Positions 6,817-15,058 of a stretch of DNA of 32,000 nt are shown piece after piece (position 1 is the stretch's first letter; each line of letters opens with the position of its first letter). Where the stretch lies: contig NZ_CP074694.1 in NCBI RefSeq assembly GCF_018398935.1, positions 4,980,001 to 5,012,000 on the forward strand, written 5' to 3'. The notes below the pieces were generated by a model, which saw only the letters and a program-made list of their open reading frames with translations, was not told the DNA's origin and made no database searches. A program made the position numbers and the translations under genes. Source of the stretch: Telmatocola sphagniphila (lineage in GTDB: Bacteria; Planctomycetota; Planctomycetia; Gemmatales; Gemmataceae).

Positions 6817-8196
6817 TTACTCTTTCACTTCAAACCCGAACAGCTTGGCCACGCCTTCCACCAGGAAACCCGCCGGCTTGCTGGTCTGCTGGTAGCCCCA
6901 CATGCTGTGCAGCAGTTCGAAGCTCATTAGAGCCCCGACGAACATCAGGAGCATGCACGGGATCAGAACGCCCACCGGCAGCCAGCCCCAATCGGCCGGA
7001 GCAGGAACCATGGCACCGCCGCGAACGACTTGTCCGTCTTCATCCAGTTCGATATCGCCTTCGTCGTTGTTGACGCCGCGAAGTGCCCGGCTGGCCGAGA
7101 TGCTATCGTCGAGATCGATCTCGTCGAAGCTGATGCCGCCATCGCTGGCGCTCTTAAGTCCCTTGGCCTTGGCGCCCTTCTTGGCTTTCGGAGCGTCTTC
7201 ATCGAGTTCGACGACTTCGCTGGCGCTTTCTTCCGAATCGCTATCGCCGTCCGAGCCTTCCACGGCCAAGTCGAAGTCGGAATTTTCGACATCCGTATCG
7301 GTGCCCGACTCATCGAGAGCCTGAACTTCGGAGGCCGAGTCGTCTTCCAGGGCCGGGAGTTCGAAATCGGTTTCGAAGATATCGCCTTTTTCCCCTTCCA
7401 GAGCCGGGTGGCTGTCGGAGGAAGATTCATCCAGGTTCAATTCGAATTCGCTGTCCGAATCGACGTAGGCTTCTTCTTTTTTGCCGCTCTTGGAAGGCGA
7501 ATCGAGATTTACTTCGAATTCGATGTCATCCGAGCTTTCGGGTTTCCGGTTCTTCTCGAGCGACACGCCGCTGTCGGCGGGTTTGTTGAGATTGATGCCG
7601 CTGCGACCGGCGGCCGGGCCACCTTTGACCGATTTGCCGATGTCCACATCTTCGCTGCTGCTGGAGTCGGTGTTCAGTGAAAGTTCGAACTCATCGCTAT
7701 CGGTTTCCAGGGTGAGTTCGAATTCGCTGCTGTCGCTATTTTCGGCCGGTTTGGGAATCTTGCCGGAAGCGCCCTTGGTCGGCTTGGGAAGCTCGAGCGA
7801 AATTTCCTCGGTGACTTCCTGCTTGGGGGATTTGCCTTTGTTGGCCTTTTCCAGCCGGACGTCGCTGTCGGAGCTGGTCTTGATCAGGGGCACGTCGCCC
7901 AGATCGAGATCGGGTCCGGAATCGAGAATCAGGGGAATGTCGTCGTCGCTGGCCGGCTTCTTGGAGCTGCCAACTGCGGAGGCGGGTTTGGTGATATCGG
8001 GCAGGCGAACTTCGTCTTCGCTGCTACCGCCTTGTGTACGGGCCAGTTCGTCGATTTCCGACGCCTTGAAGCGGAGCGTACTGCCATCTCGCAGAGAACG
8101 GATATGCTTCCATTCTTCGCGGAGCTTCTTCTTCATTTCATCGACAGAAATGCCGAGTTTGCCCGCGGCTTCATCCAATGTATAAGTCTGCGCCAT
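6817..8196 (-). CDS. HTH (excisionase/MerR-like) domain protein with a long acidic Ser/Asp/Glu repeat region and a C-terminal TM anchor
   Basis: The N-terminus YTLDEAAGKLGISVDEMKKKLREEW..LRFKASEIDELA resembles a helix-turn-helix_17-type fold. About 330 aa of low-complexity acidic sequence follow, with at least 7 [DE]-F-[DE]-[LVI]-x-[LA] motifs. The C-terminal hydrophobic helix is WGWLPVGVLIPCMLLMFVGALMSFELL. Confidence 0.8.
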   Translation of the reverse strand: MAQTYTLDEAAGKLGISVDEMKKKLREEWKHIRSLRDGSTLRFKASEIDELARTQGGSSEDEVRLPDITKPASAVGSSKKPASDDDIPLILDSGPDLDLGDVPLIKTSSDSDVRLEKANKGKSPKQEVTEEISLELPKPTKGASGKIPKPAENSDSSEFELTLETDSDEFELSLNTDSSSSEDVDIGKSVKGGPAAGRSGINLNKPADSGVSLEKNRKPESSDDIEFEVNLDSPSKSGKKEEAYVDSDSEFELNLDESSSDSHPALEGEKGDIFETDFELPALEDDSASEVQALDESGTDTDVENSDFDLAVEGSDGDSDSEESASEVVELDEDAPKAKKGAKAKGLKSASDGGISFDEIDLDDSISASRALRGVNNDEGDIELDEDGQVVRGGAMVPAPADWGWLPVGVLIPCMLLMFVGALMSFELLHSMWGYQQTSKPAGFLVEGVAKLFGFEVKE

Positions 8197-8750
8197 GACC
8201 GATGCCTTCGTCGAAGTACGACGGAGAAAGGGTTACCCGGAACGCCTCCACCCATGAAGCTTCCGCTACCTGATTGTAACCGCCACTTTAAAAATTGCAA
8301 AGTTTATAGAGACAGGGCAAAGCGGGTAGACAGGACAGAAAGCGGAGCCGAGAAGGAATATGCCGATTATTCTGGCATCAATTCGAGAAACCTCAATCCG
8401 ACTTGCTCCCGCGCTGCCCTCCGACGTCCTTAATTGGCTAACCATGGCAGCGATCTTCGAGTGACAATCACTACCAACACTAATGATATGCTCAGCATCA
8501 ATCGAACGATTGGCATACGATCAGACCTAAATTTGAACTCAATCATTTGAGAAACAGCAGAATACCTTAGACGAAAATCGGATTTATCCGTATTGACTCG
8601 CCCCAAATCGACGATTAATTTAAGTAGCGGGCGCGGACTGACATCCCGTGAGAGATTACAACCAGGTTCCGTGAAGACGGAGAAGAACACACAATCGACC
8701 TGGATTGGACAGGGTTCACGAATGTGAGCCTTTCTTTCAACCGCAACTTC

Positions 8751-8784
8751 AAAAAGCCAAGCGAGCATCGCTTGGCTTTTTTTG
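8751..8784. terminator. Strong bidirectional rho-independent terminator
   Basis: AAAAAGCCAAGCGA (8751-8764) pairs perfectly with TCGCTTGGCTTTTT (8768-8781) around a GCA loop. T-runs follow the hairpin on both strands. It lies 85 nt downstream of the stop of the minus-strand 8869..9885 gene. Confidence 0.7.
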
Positions 8785-8868
8785 TTCGCAGCGGTGCTGG
8801 CCTATTAGAGAGAGCGGATATTAACTACTGATTGCCAAGTTTGAGCATGTGAGCAACCGTCTTTTGAG

Positions 8869-9885
8869 TTAGAATTCCATCTCCAGCGGTTGTGGCAACA
8901 CGACCTTATTCGATTCGCCTCTAGTTTCCTCCTCCTCAATTTCGACTTTAAATTTAAACGGTGGCAAATCGTAGGCAAAAACGTGAAAAATCAGCACAAG
9001 CTTACCTTGCCTCGCTTCGATCATTAATTGACTACAAGAATTAAGATCTATTTCCATCATTGGAAGATCTTCTGTATGACCTGGATGAATGAGAAGTAAA
9101 GCACATCGATGATGCCCAGATTGCATCGGGTGCCATCCAGAAGGTTGTAGTGTGCCAATTGCGACTGTTACTATCCCATTTTGTAATGTTGCTGGGCCTT
9201 TATTGAATAATTGGAGATTCAGACGCAAAAAAGAGCCTCGCCTGAGCACTCCCAGTCCGTACTCTTGTGGCGTGCTTTTGATCTTTAGTACAGCGTATGC
9301 ATTCCGGTTCGGGAAAAACAAGCTACGTAATACTGCAGGCGGGATGTCGACGAAATTATCTCCAACACGCATTACCCATCGCTTCCCAATATTTGCTCGA
9401 TGGGGTTTGTACTCACTCTCAGGTATGTAACAGACTACAAAACCCTTGCCACCTTGAGTTGAATCAGGGAACGCTTCTATTTCCACTCCAGGAACAGGCG
9501 GATCAACAGCATTCAATAAGAATTGTTTCAATCTCGCTTTAAAAACTTCGGGATTTTGTACCAAATTGAATCCGCATGCCTGTTCGATCAAGCTTCCTTG
9601 CGGCTTGCGGGCATCTATACCCCAAACGAAAACGCCACCGCTCGTATTAGCGAATCCCGACAGTGCTTCACAAAAAAATTCGTTAATCCGTCCTTCTCTT
9701 AATTCAGTTGGTGAATTGGGACCAGGAGTCAAATCGTTAGCGCCTTTGAATTCGCGGTATTCGGTCTCTTCAGTTGGAGGCCGACTGTTTACCAAGCTTT
9801 TTAAAAAGGAAGCTGGGTCTTCAAAGCCCTCGTGAGCCTTAATTTCATTGAAAAAATTTTGTGCGGCTGATGGACGGTTGGGCAT
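8869..9885 (-). CDS. AlbA_2 / Schlafen-like (divergent AAA_4) putative nucleic-acid-binding protein with an unknown beta-rich C-terminal domain
   Basis: ETEYREFKG .. EALSGFANTSGGVFVWGIDA .. GFVVCYIPESEYKPH matches the AlbA_2 pattern as I recall it (E..EFK ... AFANT.GG.L.iGvdd ... v..v.V..s...P). Residues ~200-338 have no recognisable motif. Confidence 0.72.
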   Translation of the reverse strand: MPNRPSAAQNFFNEIKAHEGFEDPASFLKSLVNSRPPTEETEYREFKGANDLTPGPNSPTELREGRINEFFCEALSGFANTSGGVFVWGIDARKPQGSLIEQACGFNLVQNPEVFKARLKQFLLNAVDPPVPGVEIEAFPDSTQGGKGFVVCYIPESEYKPHRANIGKRWVMRVGDNFVDIPPAVLRSLFFPNRNAYAVLKIKSTPQEYGLGVLRRGSFLRLNLQLFNKGPATLQNGIVTVAIGTLQPSGWHPMQSGHHRCALLLIHPGHTEDLPMMEIDLNSCSQLMIEARQGKLVLIFHVFAYDLPPFKFKVEIEEEETRGESNKVVLPQPLEMEF

Positions 9886-10083
9886 TTTCTCTCTCGGTCA
9901 GAAATCCATGAAAGTAGATATTCTATAGTCTTTTTTCGGTCAGCTTTAAGCCATCCGTTCTTCAACCGAGCGAATCAACCTTCGATTCCCTACCTAAAAA
10001 CGCCCTTAGCTCCCATCGAACGCCCAGGCTTCCATTGTCCAAACGGACCAATGAAAGCCACGGGTGGTCGAACGATTTAATCC

Positions 10084-10314
10084 TCAATTTCCGAACTTCT
10101 CGACGATCGCCGTCAGGTGCTTTCGCACCTCATCTTCCTGCTTCGGCTGAGCGATCGCCCGGAGAACTTCCACCAAAACGGAGCGAATCGTATCCTGGAG
10201 ATCGGGAACCGGGTTCGGATTCGTTTTGGGCAAACCCGGCAAAGGGATCCCGAGTCGACCGGCCAAGAGAACAATGGCCATCCCGATCAAACTGTACAGA
10301 AACTCATTCATCAT
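10084..10314 (-). CDS. Small membrane protein (76 aa), translationally coupled to the upstream gene
   Basis: Its ATG overlaps the upstream TGA (ATGA at 10311-10314). An N-terminal TM helix LYSLIGMAIVLLAGRLG is present. Composition matches the host chromosome. Confidence 0.5.
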   Translation of the reverse strand: MMNEFLYSLIGMAIVLLAGRLGIPLPGLPKTNPNPVPDLQDTIRSVLVEVLRAIAQPKQEDEVRKHLTAIVEKFGN

Positions 10315-11582
10315 GGGGCACTCTCTTTCTTCTTGGAAATGAATAACAGCAGGGCCAACCCACCCAGAATCCAGACACTGGCAGGAACTTGATTCAAAGA
10401 AGGCAACGCGATATTGGGCAGTACCGGCTTCTTGTTCGGGTCGGGATCGGCGTCCGGCTTATAGTTCGGATCGGCCTGCCGTAACGCCAACGCCAGACCG
10501 GCCGGTCCGCTCGAATAATCGCGAAACCGAAACACCACCGGCGACTTGCCATCCAGGCGGGGTGCCGGCTGAAAGGTGATTCCCGGTGCGAAACCGACGC
10601 TGGTCACCGCCCAATGATCGGTCGGATAATCCTGAAACAGCAACTTGTCGCGGTAGGGCGCCAACTCAGGAGCCGATTCCCAATCCCGGCGCACCTGCTC
10701 GCGAAACGCCGTATCGCCGACCACCGTCAATCGACCTTTACCGCTATCATCTTCGAGAGCATCGAACGCCGACAGTGCCTGGCCTCGACTAATCGATTGG
10801 CCGTTGAGGCGATATTCCAGTCGGGTCCGCAACCGCTCGGGATGCAGACCATAATTGGTGATCTCCGATTCCGCCAGGTCCGGCTTCGCGGGAGAATCGC
10901 CACAAATTACAGGGAAATTGCTCGGCGCGGCGGCTCGGGGTGGGACTTTGGCGGGAGTGGGAATAGAGGTCGGAATCGGCGGCGGACCCGGTTTCAGCAA
11001 GACGATGGCCCAGCCCCCATTGAGCGCTTTCCAACGGGAAACAAACTCCGCCGTCGGCAACCAGAGCCACTTGCCCGGAAAATTGTTGTCCTGAATCACC
11101 GCAAATCGATCCGACATATGGACCAGATTGACCATGTGGTAAATCGAACCGCGGTAGAAAACGCCATCGGCGCCGCTGTAGGTCACGCAAACATAACGGC
11201 CGGTTTTCAGCGCTCGCTTCAGGAAATCGACATCGCCCCCGGTATGCTGCAGATACGGAGGAACCGGCTTGTGCTGACGATCCGCCAGTGTGTGAATCAC
11301 TTCATCCACCTTTTCCGGCCAGCCGCCGCCCGGCTGAGTCGTCATGTAATCGCGAATACCGATCAGCGTCCCTTCGTTCGCCCAGCGCGCGGCCAGATCG
11401 ATACTGGTGAAGACGCAAAGCCCCAGTCCATCACGGCCAGCCAGGTTCCTCAGATGCTCGGAAACGGGAAGATGGCAGGTAACCGCCTCTTCCTCCAACA
11501 GAGGGCCGTTGGCCCGAATGCCATCGGGGGCGGCGAGCCACCCCGTCAGGCCAAGACTCAGAAAAAGTGACAATAGCATCAT
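10311..11582 (-). CDS. Secreted papain-like (C39-like) cysteine-peptidase-fold protein with Pro-rich linker, unknown second domain and C-terminal TM anchor
   Basis: GAAGGAG SD 6 nt upstream of ATG 11582 (the ORF track starts at TTG 11597). The signal peptide is MMLLSLFLSLGLTGWLAAP. A candidate catalytic Cys sits in GLGLCVFTS and a candidate His in YHMVNLVHMSDRFAVIQDNN. A PGPPPIPTSIPTPAKVPP linker follows. The C-terminus is VPASVWILGGLALLLFISKKKE. The peptidase assignment is tentative. Confidence 0.6.
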   Translation of the reverse strand: MMLLSLFLSLGLTGWLAAPDGIRANGPLLEEEAVTCHLPVSEHLRNLAGRDGLGLCVFTSIDLAARWANEGTLIGIRDYMTTQPGGGWPEKVDEVIHTLADRQHKPVPPYLQHTGGDVDFLKRALKTGRYVCVTYSGADGVFYRGSIYHMVNLVHMSDRFAVIQDNNFPGKWLWLPTAEFVSRWKALNGGWAIVLLKPGPPPIPTSIPTPAKVPPRAAAPSNFPVICGDSPAKPDLAESEITNYGLHPERLRTRLEYRLNGQSISRGQALSAFDALEDDSGKGRLTVVGDTAFREQVRRDWESAPELAPYRDKLLFQDYPTDHWAVTSVGFAPGITFQPAPRLDGKSPVVFRFRDYSSGPAGLALALRQADPNYKPDADPDPNKKPVLPNIALPSLNQVPASVWILGGLALLLFISKKKESAP

Positions 11583-11713
11583 TTCGGGCTCCTTCAAAAA
11601 ATGAGTATTTGATTCGGCCCAGATGTGGCCAAATCGACACGCGTGTATTAGAATACACCTAAGCTCGAATTTCCGCGATCTCGGTGAAACCTAAAATTTC
11701 GGAGAGTCTCCCC

Positions 11714-12220
11714 ATGCTGCGACTGACCCTGCACCGCTATGCCACGCCCATCGGATGCCTGCTTTTGGCCACCGACGGCACCAAACTTTTCGCTGTCGAT
11801 TTTGGAGATGACATCGGGAAGATTCAAAAAATGATTCAGCGCTACCACGGGAAAGCGGAAGTGGTGGAATCGAAAGACTCCTGCCCCTGGAACGAAGAAC
11901 TACGCTCCTATTTCAACGGCGACCTGACAGCACTCGACGCCATTCCCATCGCCTGGGCCGGAACCGATTTTCAGCAGAAAGCGTGGCAGCACCTGCGGAC
12001 CATTCCAGTAGGAAAAACGGAAAGTTACGGGCAGATGGCCAAAGCTCTGGGAGTTCCCAAAGCCAGCCGGGCGGTAGGACGGGCCAACGGTAGCAATCCG
12101 GTTGGACTGGTCGTGCCCTGCCATCGCGTCATCGGGGCCAACGGCTCATTGACCGGGTATGGCTTCGGCGTCGACCGCAAACGCTGGCTGTTGAAACACG
12201 AAGGGGTGGAAGTGAAGTAG
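11714..12220 (+). CDS. ogt: Methylated-DNA--protein-cysteine methyltransferase (O6-alkylguanine-DNA alkyltransferase)
   Basis: Active-site PCHRVIG is present, preceded by TESYGQMAKALGVPKASRAVGRANGSNP. GGAGAG lies 8 nt upstream of ATG 11714. The ORF track starts at an upstream alternative codon at 11684. Confidence 0.9.
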   Translation: MLRLTLHRYATPIGCLLLATDGTKLFAVDFGDDIGKIQKMIQRYHGKAEVVESKDSCPWNEELRSYFNGDLTALDAIPIAWAGTDFQQKAWQHLRTIPVGKTESYGQMAKALGVPKASRAVGRANGSNPVGLVVPCHRVIGANGSLTGYGFGVDRKRWLLKHEGVEVK

Positions 12221-12276
12221 CTAGCAGTTAAAGCAGATTGAAATCGGCGGTTCATTGCTTAGAAATACGAATTCTT

Positions 12277-13158
12277 ATGCAATACTTTCGCCGATTTCTG
12301 GAACTGATCCGCTTCAGTCACACCCTCTTCGCGCTCCCCTTCGCGCTGATGAGTGCGACACTCGCCTGGAACCTGGAAGCCGGCTTCCGCGGGCTCGATC
12401 TGCTGGGCATTCTGCTCTGTATGATTTTCGCGCGCTCGGCCGCCATGGCCTTCAATCGCCTCGTCGATCGAAAAATCGATGCGACTAACCCCCGTACCGC
12501 GAAACGCCACCTGCCCGCCGGGCTGCTTTCGGTACCGGCAGTCACACTCTTCACTCTCTTTTGCGCGGCGGCCTTCGTCGCTTCAACCACCCTTTTCTAC
12601 TATCGCGAACCTTCCAACCCCTGGCCGTTGTATCTCTCCGGGCCGGTGTTGATCTTCATCTGCTTCTACTCCCTGACCAAGCGTTTCACCGCTCTGGCCC
12701 ACTTCTGGCTGGGCGCTTCCCTGATGCTGGCCCCGATCTCCGCCTGGATCGCCATCGCCGGTTTGAAACAGTTGCAACTCCCCCTTTGGATCGGCCTAGC
12801 CGTGCTGTTCTGGTCTACCGGTTTCGATATCCTGTACGCCTGCCAGGATGTCGATTATGACCGCAAAGCCAAGCTCCACAGCATTCCGGCTAAACTGGGC
12901 GTGCGCAACAGCCTGCGACTGGCCGCGCTACTGCACGCCTTGATGCTACCGTTTCTGGTCATTCTTTATTTTCAGGTTCCCGTATTGGGAACGGTCTGGC
13001 TGCTAGCCGTGATGGCGGTGGCGGTTTTGTTGATGGTCGAACATCGACTGGTTCGACCGGAAGATTTGAGCCGGGTGAACGCGGCTTTTTTCCAGGTGAA
13101 TGTGGTGATCAGTATGGGATTATTATTGGTGGTGCTTTGGGAAGTGCTGGTGACGTGA
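12277..13158 (+). CDS. UbiA-family aromatic prenyltransferase (4-hydroxybenzoate polyprenyltransferase-like; possibly the menaquinone-pathway enzyme)
   Basis: Asp-rich motifs NRLVDRKID and DILYACQDVDYD are present. The protein is polytopic and hydrophobic throughout. The ATG at 12277 (MQYFRRFLELIRFSHT) is the typical family N-terminus. Confidence 0.85.
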   Translation: MQYFRRFLELIRFSHTLFALPFALMSATLAWNLEAGFRGLDLLGILLCMIFARSAAMAFNRLVDRKIDATNPRTAKRHLPAGLLSVPAVTLFTLFCAAAFVASTTLFYYREPSNPWPLYLSGPVLIFICFYSLTKRFTALAHFWLGASLMLAPISAWIAIAGLKQLQLPLWIGLAVLFWSTGFDILYACQDVDYDRKAKLHSIPAKLGVRNSLRLAALLHALMLPFLVILYFQVPVLGTVWLLAVMAVAVLLMVEHRLVRPEDLSRVNAAFFQVNVVISMGLLLVVLWEVLVT

Positions 13159-13160
13159 AA

Positions 13161-13189
13161 TAAAAAAGGCACGCCCCGAAGAGCATGCC
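13161..13189 (-). terminator. Rho-independent terminator of the M28 peptidase gene
   Basis: The minus-strand RNA reads GGCAUGCUC-UUCG-GGGCGUGCC. This is a 9-bp stem (two G-U pairs) closed by a UUCG tetraloop and followed by U6. It lies 34 nt downstream of the stop at 13223. Confidence 0.7.
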
Positions 13190-13222
13190 CCTTTGATATC
13201 TTGTTAAATTGTCGGCGGCCGA

Positions 13223-15058
13223 TTACTTAGGCAGTTCGACTTTCAGTATGACCTTCTTACCGTCGCGCGAGACGGTAATTTCGAGCGGCTCACCCCGTTT
13301 AGCTTTGTTCATTTCTCCCATGTACGCCGTGATGTTCTTGACTGGCTTCCCGGCGACTTCCACGATCAAGTCGCCCTGGCGTAGTCCGGCTTTTTCGGCC
13401 GGGCTATCCTTGCGAGCACCTTCGACAGGCACACCGCCGTTATCTGCGGCATCGTCATAAGCTTTAGCATCGGGAATCAAGCCGATGCTCGGACCGCGGG
13501 AATTGCCTTGCACGTTAAAGCTTCCACCGACCTGTATGTAGATGGGTCGATCTTTCTCGGTGGTCAATTCCTTGGCCAGGTCTTCCACCATATCGCAGAT
13601 CTTCTTCATTCCTTCGAGGTTGATCAGTTCGGGCTTATCGAGCGGACGATGATACTCGGCATGCAGACCTGTGAAGAAGAAGAAAACCGGAACATTCTTC
13701 TGGTTGAAACTCTGGTGATCGGAAGGACCATTACCCGTCGAGGTGGTCTGAATCGGGAACTTATACTTTTCGTTCAGCTTCGAGATCAGGCCAGCGAATT
13801 CTTTCGCGGTGCCCACGCCGCCGATTTCCAGCTTATTCTTGCCGTCGATTCCAGACAGACGGCCGACCATGTCGAGATTGATCATGGCCACAGTATCCTT
13901 TAAGGGAAATATCGGGTGCTTGCAGTAGTGGGCGGAACCCAGCAGACCCCGTTCTTCACCGCTAAAGGTCATGAATACCATACGGCGACCCTGGCGATCT
14001 TTCATAGCGCCGAAGCGGCGCGCCAGTTCGATCACGCTAGTGGTGCCAGAACCGTTGTCGTCCGCGCCCCAGTGAATGTCTTTGCTGCCGCGCATCAAGC
14101 TGCCGGGTTCGCCCCGTCCGAGGTGATCGTAGTGGGCGCCGATGACTACCGTTTCGTTGGCGAGCGGGCCGGCCCCTTCCAGAACGCCGATGACGTTTTT
14201 GACGGCGATTGGAGCGCGAACCACTTCCAATGGAACAGTCGCTTCGAGTTTCCAGTCCTTGACCGCAAAGCTCACCGGTTTCAATTCTTTTTCAATCTTG
14301 TCTTCGATCTGGGAAAGCGTTTTACCCGAGCCGGCAAGGAATGCATCGACCGTGGATCGCTTGAGGTGAATCACCGGGATATCCGAGGGAGTTGCTCCTC
14401 GAGCATCGGCGTAATTGATCAACTCGTCATTTTCGCCGCCGCTTTCTTTATTGTTCACGAAGGCAATCAGAGCGGCTTTGTGATTTTCGGCCGTGGTCAC
14501 CTTATTGGTGAGCGCTGCCAGCATTTGAGGGAAGGGCGTATCCTTCTTCTCATACATGGGAGTGCGACGCATGACCACGACGACTTTACCGGCCACATCG
14601 ACACCGGCATAGTCGTCGTACTTTTCGTCCCGGCTGATGCCGTAGCCGACGAACACGATGTCGGTCGGCTGGATTTTGCCGGGGCCGCTCATGCCGGCGA
14701 CGCTGAAGTTGACGTTGGTCATCGACAGTTCTTTGCCGCCCGGGCCGGTGATCTTGACGGTGCTGGGCGCTGACTGTTTGTAGCTGCCGCCGATTTTGAA
14801 GGGCTGGAAGTAGCTGCCATCGGGCAGGCCGGGCTTCAGGCCGAAGCTTTTGAAGCTGTTGGCGATGTAGTCGGCGGCCTTGTTAATTCCCTGGGTTTCG
14901 ACCCCGCGCCCTTCGCATTCGGGACCGGCGAGGTAGAAAATATCGGTCTTCATTCGCTCCACCACGGCCTTTTGGACCGTGGCCGCCGTGTCCTGAGCCG
15001 AGAGGAAACCTCCGAGGCTAAGGCACAGGCCCAGGGATAAGCTCATCTGTTTCAGCAT
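13223..15058 (-). CDS. Secreted M28-family aminopeptidase with PA domain and C-terminal PDZ domain
   Basis: Signal peptide MSLSLGLCLSLGGFLSAQD. M28 zinc-ligand motifs are GAHYDHLG, GADDNGSGT, SGEERGLLGS and NLDMVG. The C-terminal PDZ-like segment reads ARKDSPAEKAGLRQGDLIVEVAGKPV. Confidence 0.9.
   Translation of the reverse strand: MLKQMSLSLGLCLSLGGFLSAQDTAATVQKAVVERMKTDIFYLAGPECEGRGVETQGINKAADYIANSFKSFGLKPGLPDGSYFQPFKIGGSYKQSAPSTVKITGPGGKELSMTNVNFSVAGMSGPGKIQPTDIVFVGYGISRDEKYDDYAGVDVAGKVVVVMRRTPMYEKKDTPFPQMLAALTNKVTTAENHKAALIAFVNNKESGGENDELINYADARGATPSDIPVIHLKRSTVDAFLAGSGKTLSQIEDKIEKELKPVSFAVKDWKLEATVPLEVVRAPIAVKNVIGVLEGAGPLANETVVIGAHYDHLGRGEPGSLMRGSKDIHWGADDNGSGTTSVIELARRFGAMKDRQGRRMVFMTFSGEERGLLGSAHYCKHPIFPLKDTVAMINLDMVGRLSGIDGKNKLEIGGVGTAKEFAGLISKLNEKYKFPIQTTSTGNGPSDHQSFNQKNVPVFFFFTGLHAEYHRPLDKPELINLEGMKKICDMVEDLAKELTTEKDRPIYIQVGGSFNVQGNSRGPSIGLIPDAKAYDDAADNGGVPVEGARKDSPAEKAGLRQGDLIVEVAGKPVKNITAYMGEMNKAKRGEPLEITVSRDGKKVILKVELPK

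Larger units (their letters stand above)
8410..9960. other. AT-richer islet 2 (non-coding stretch, terminator, AlbA_2/Schlafen-like gene)
   Basis: Clear drop in GC by eye (low 40s %) relative to neighbours. Boundaries are approximate. Confidence 0.5.

Noticed and set aside
7030-8185. Plus-strand ORFs 7030..7680 (216 aa) and 7481..8185 (234 aa)
   Set aside because: They are antisense to the acidic-repeat gene. Their open frames result from the biased GA[AG]/GA[CT]/TC[N] codon content on the other strand.
8430-8768. 112-aa minus-strand ORF in the AT-rich islet
   Set aside because: Its start codon lies in the loop of the 8751-8784 terminator hairpin. It has no SD and its composition does not look protein-like. 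I kept it only as a possible gene remnant (see findings).
10614-11570. 318-aa plus-strand ORF
   Set aside because: It is antisense to the signal-peptide-bearing gene 10311..11582. The translation is Arg/Gly/Gln-rich low-complexity sequence.
13916-14773. 285-aa plus-strand ORF (and 13508..13903)
   Set aside because: It is antisense to the M28 peptidase, whose zinc-ligand motifs are unambiguous.
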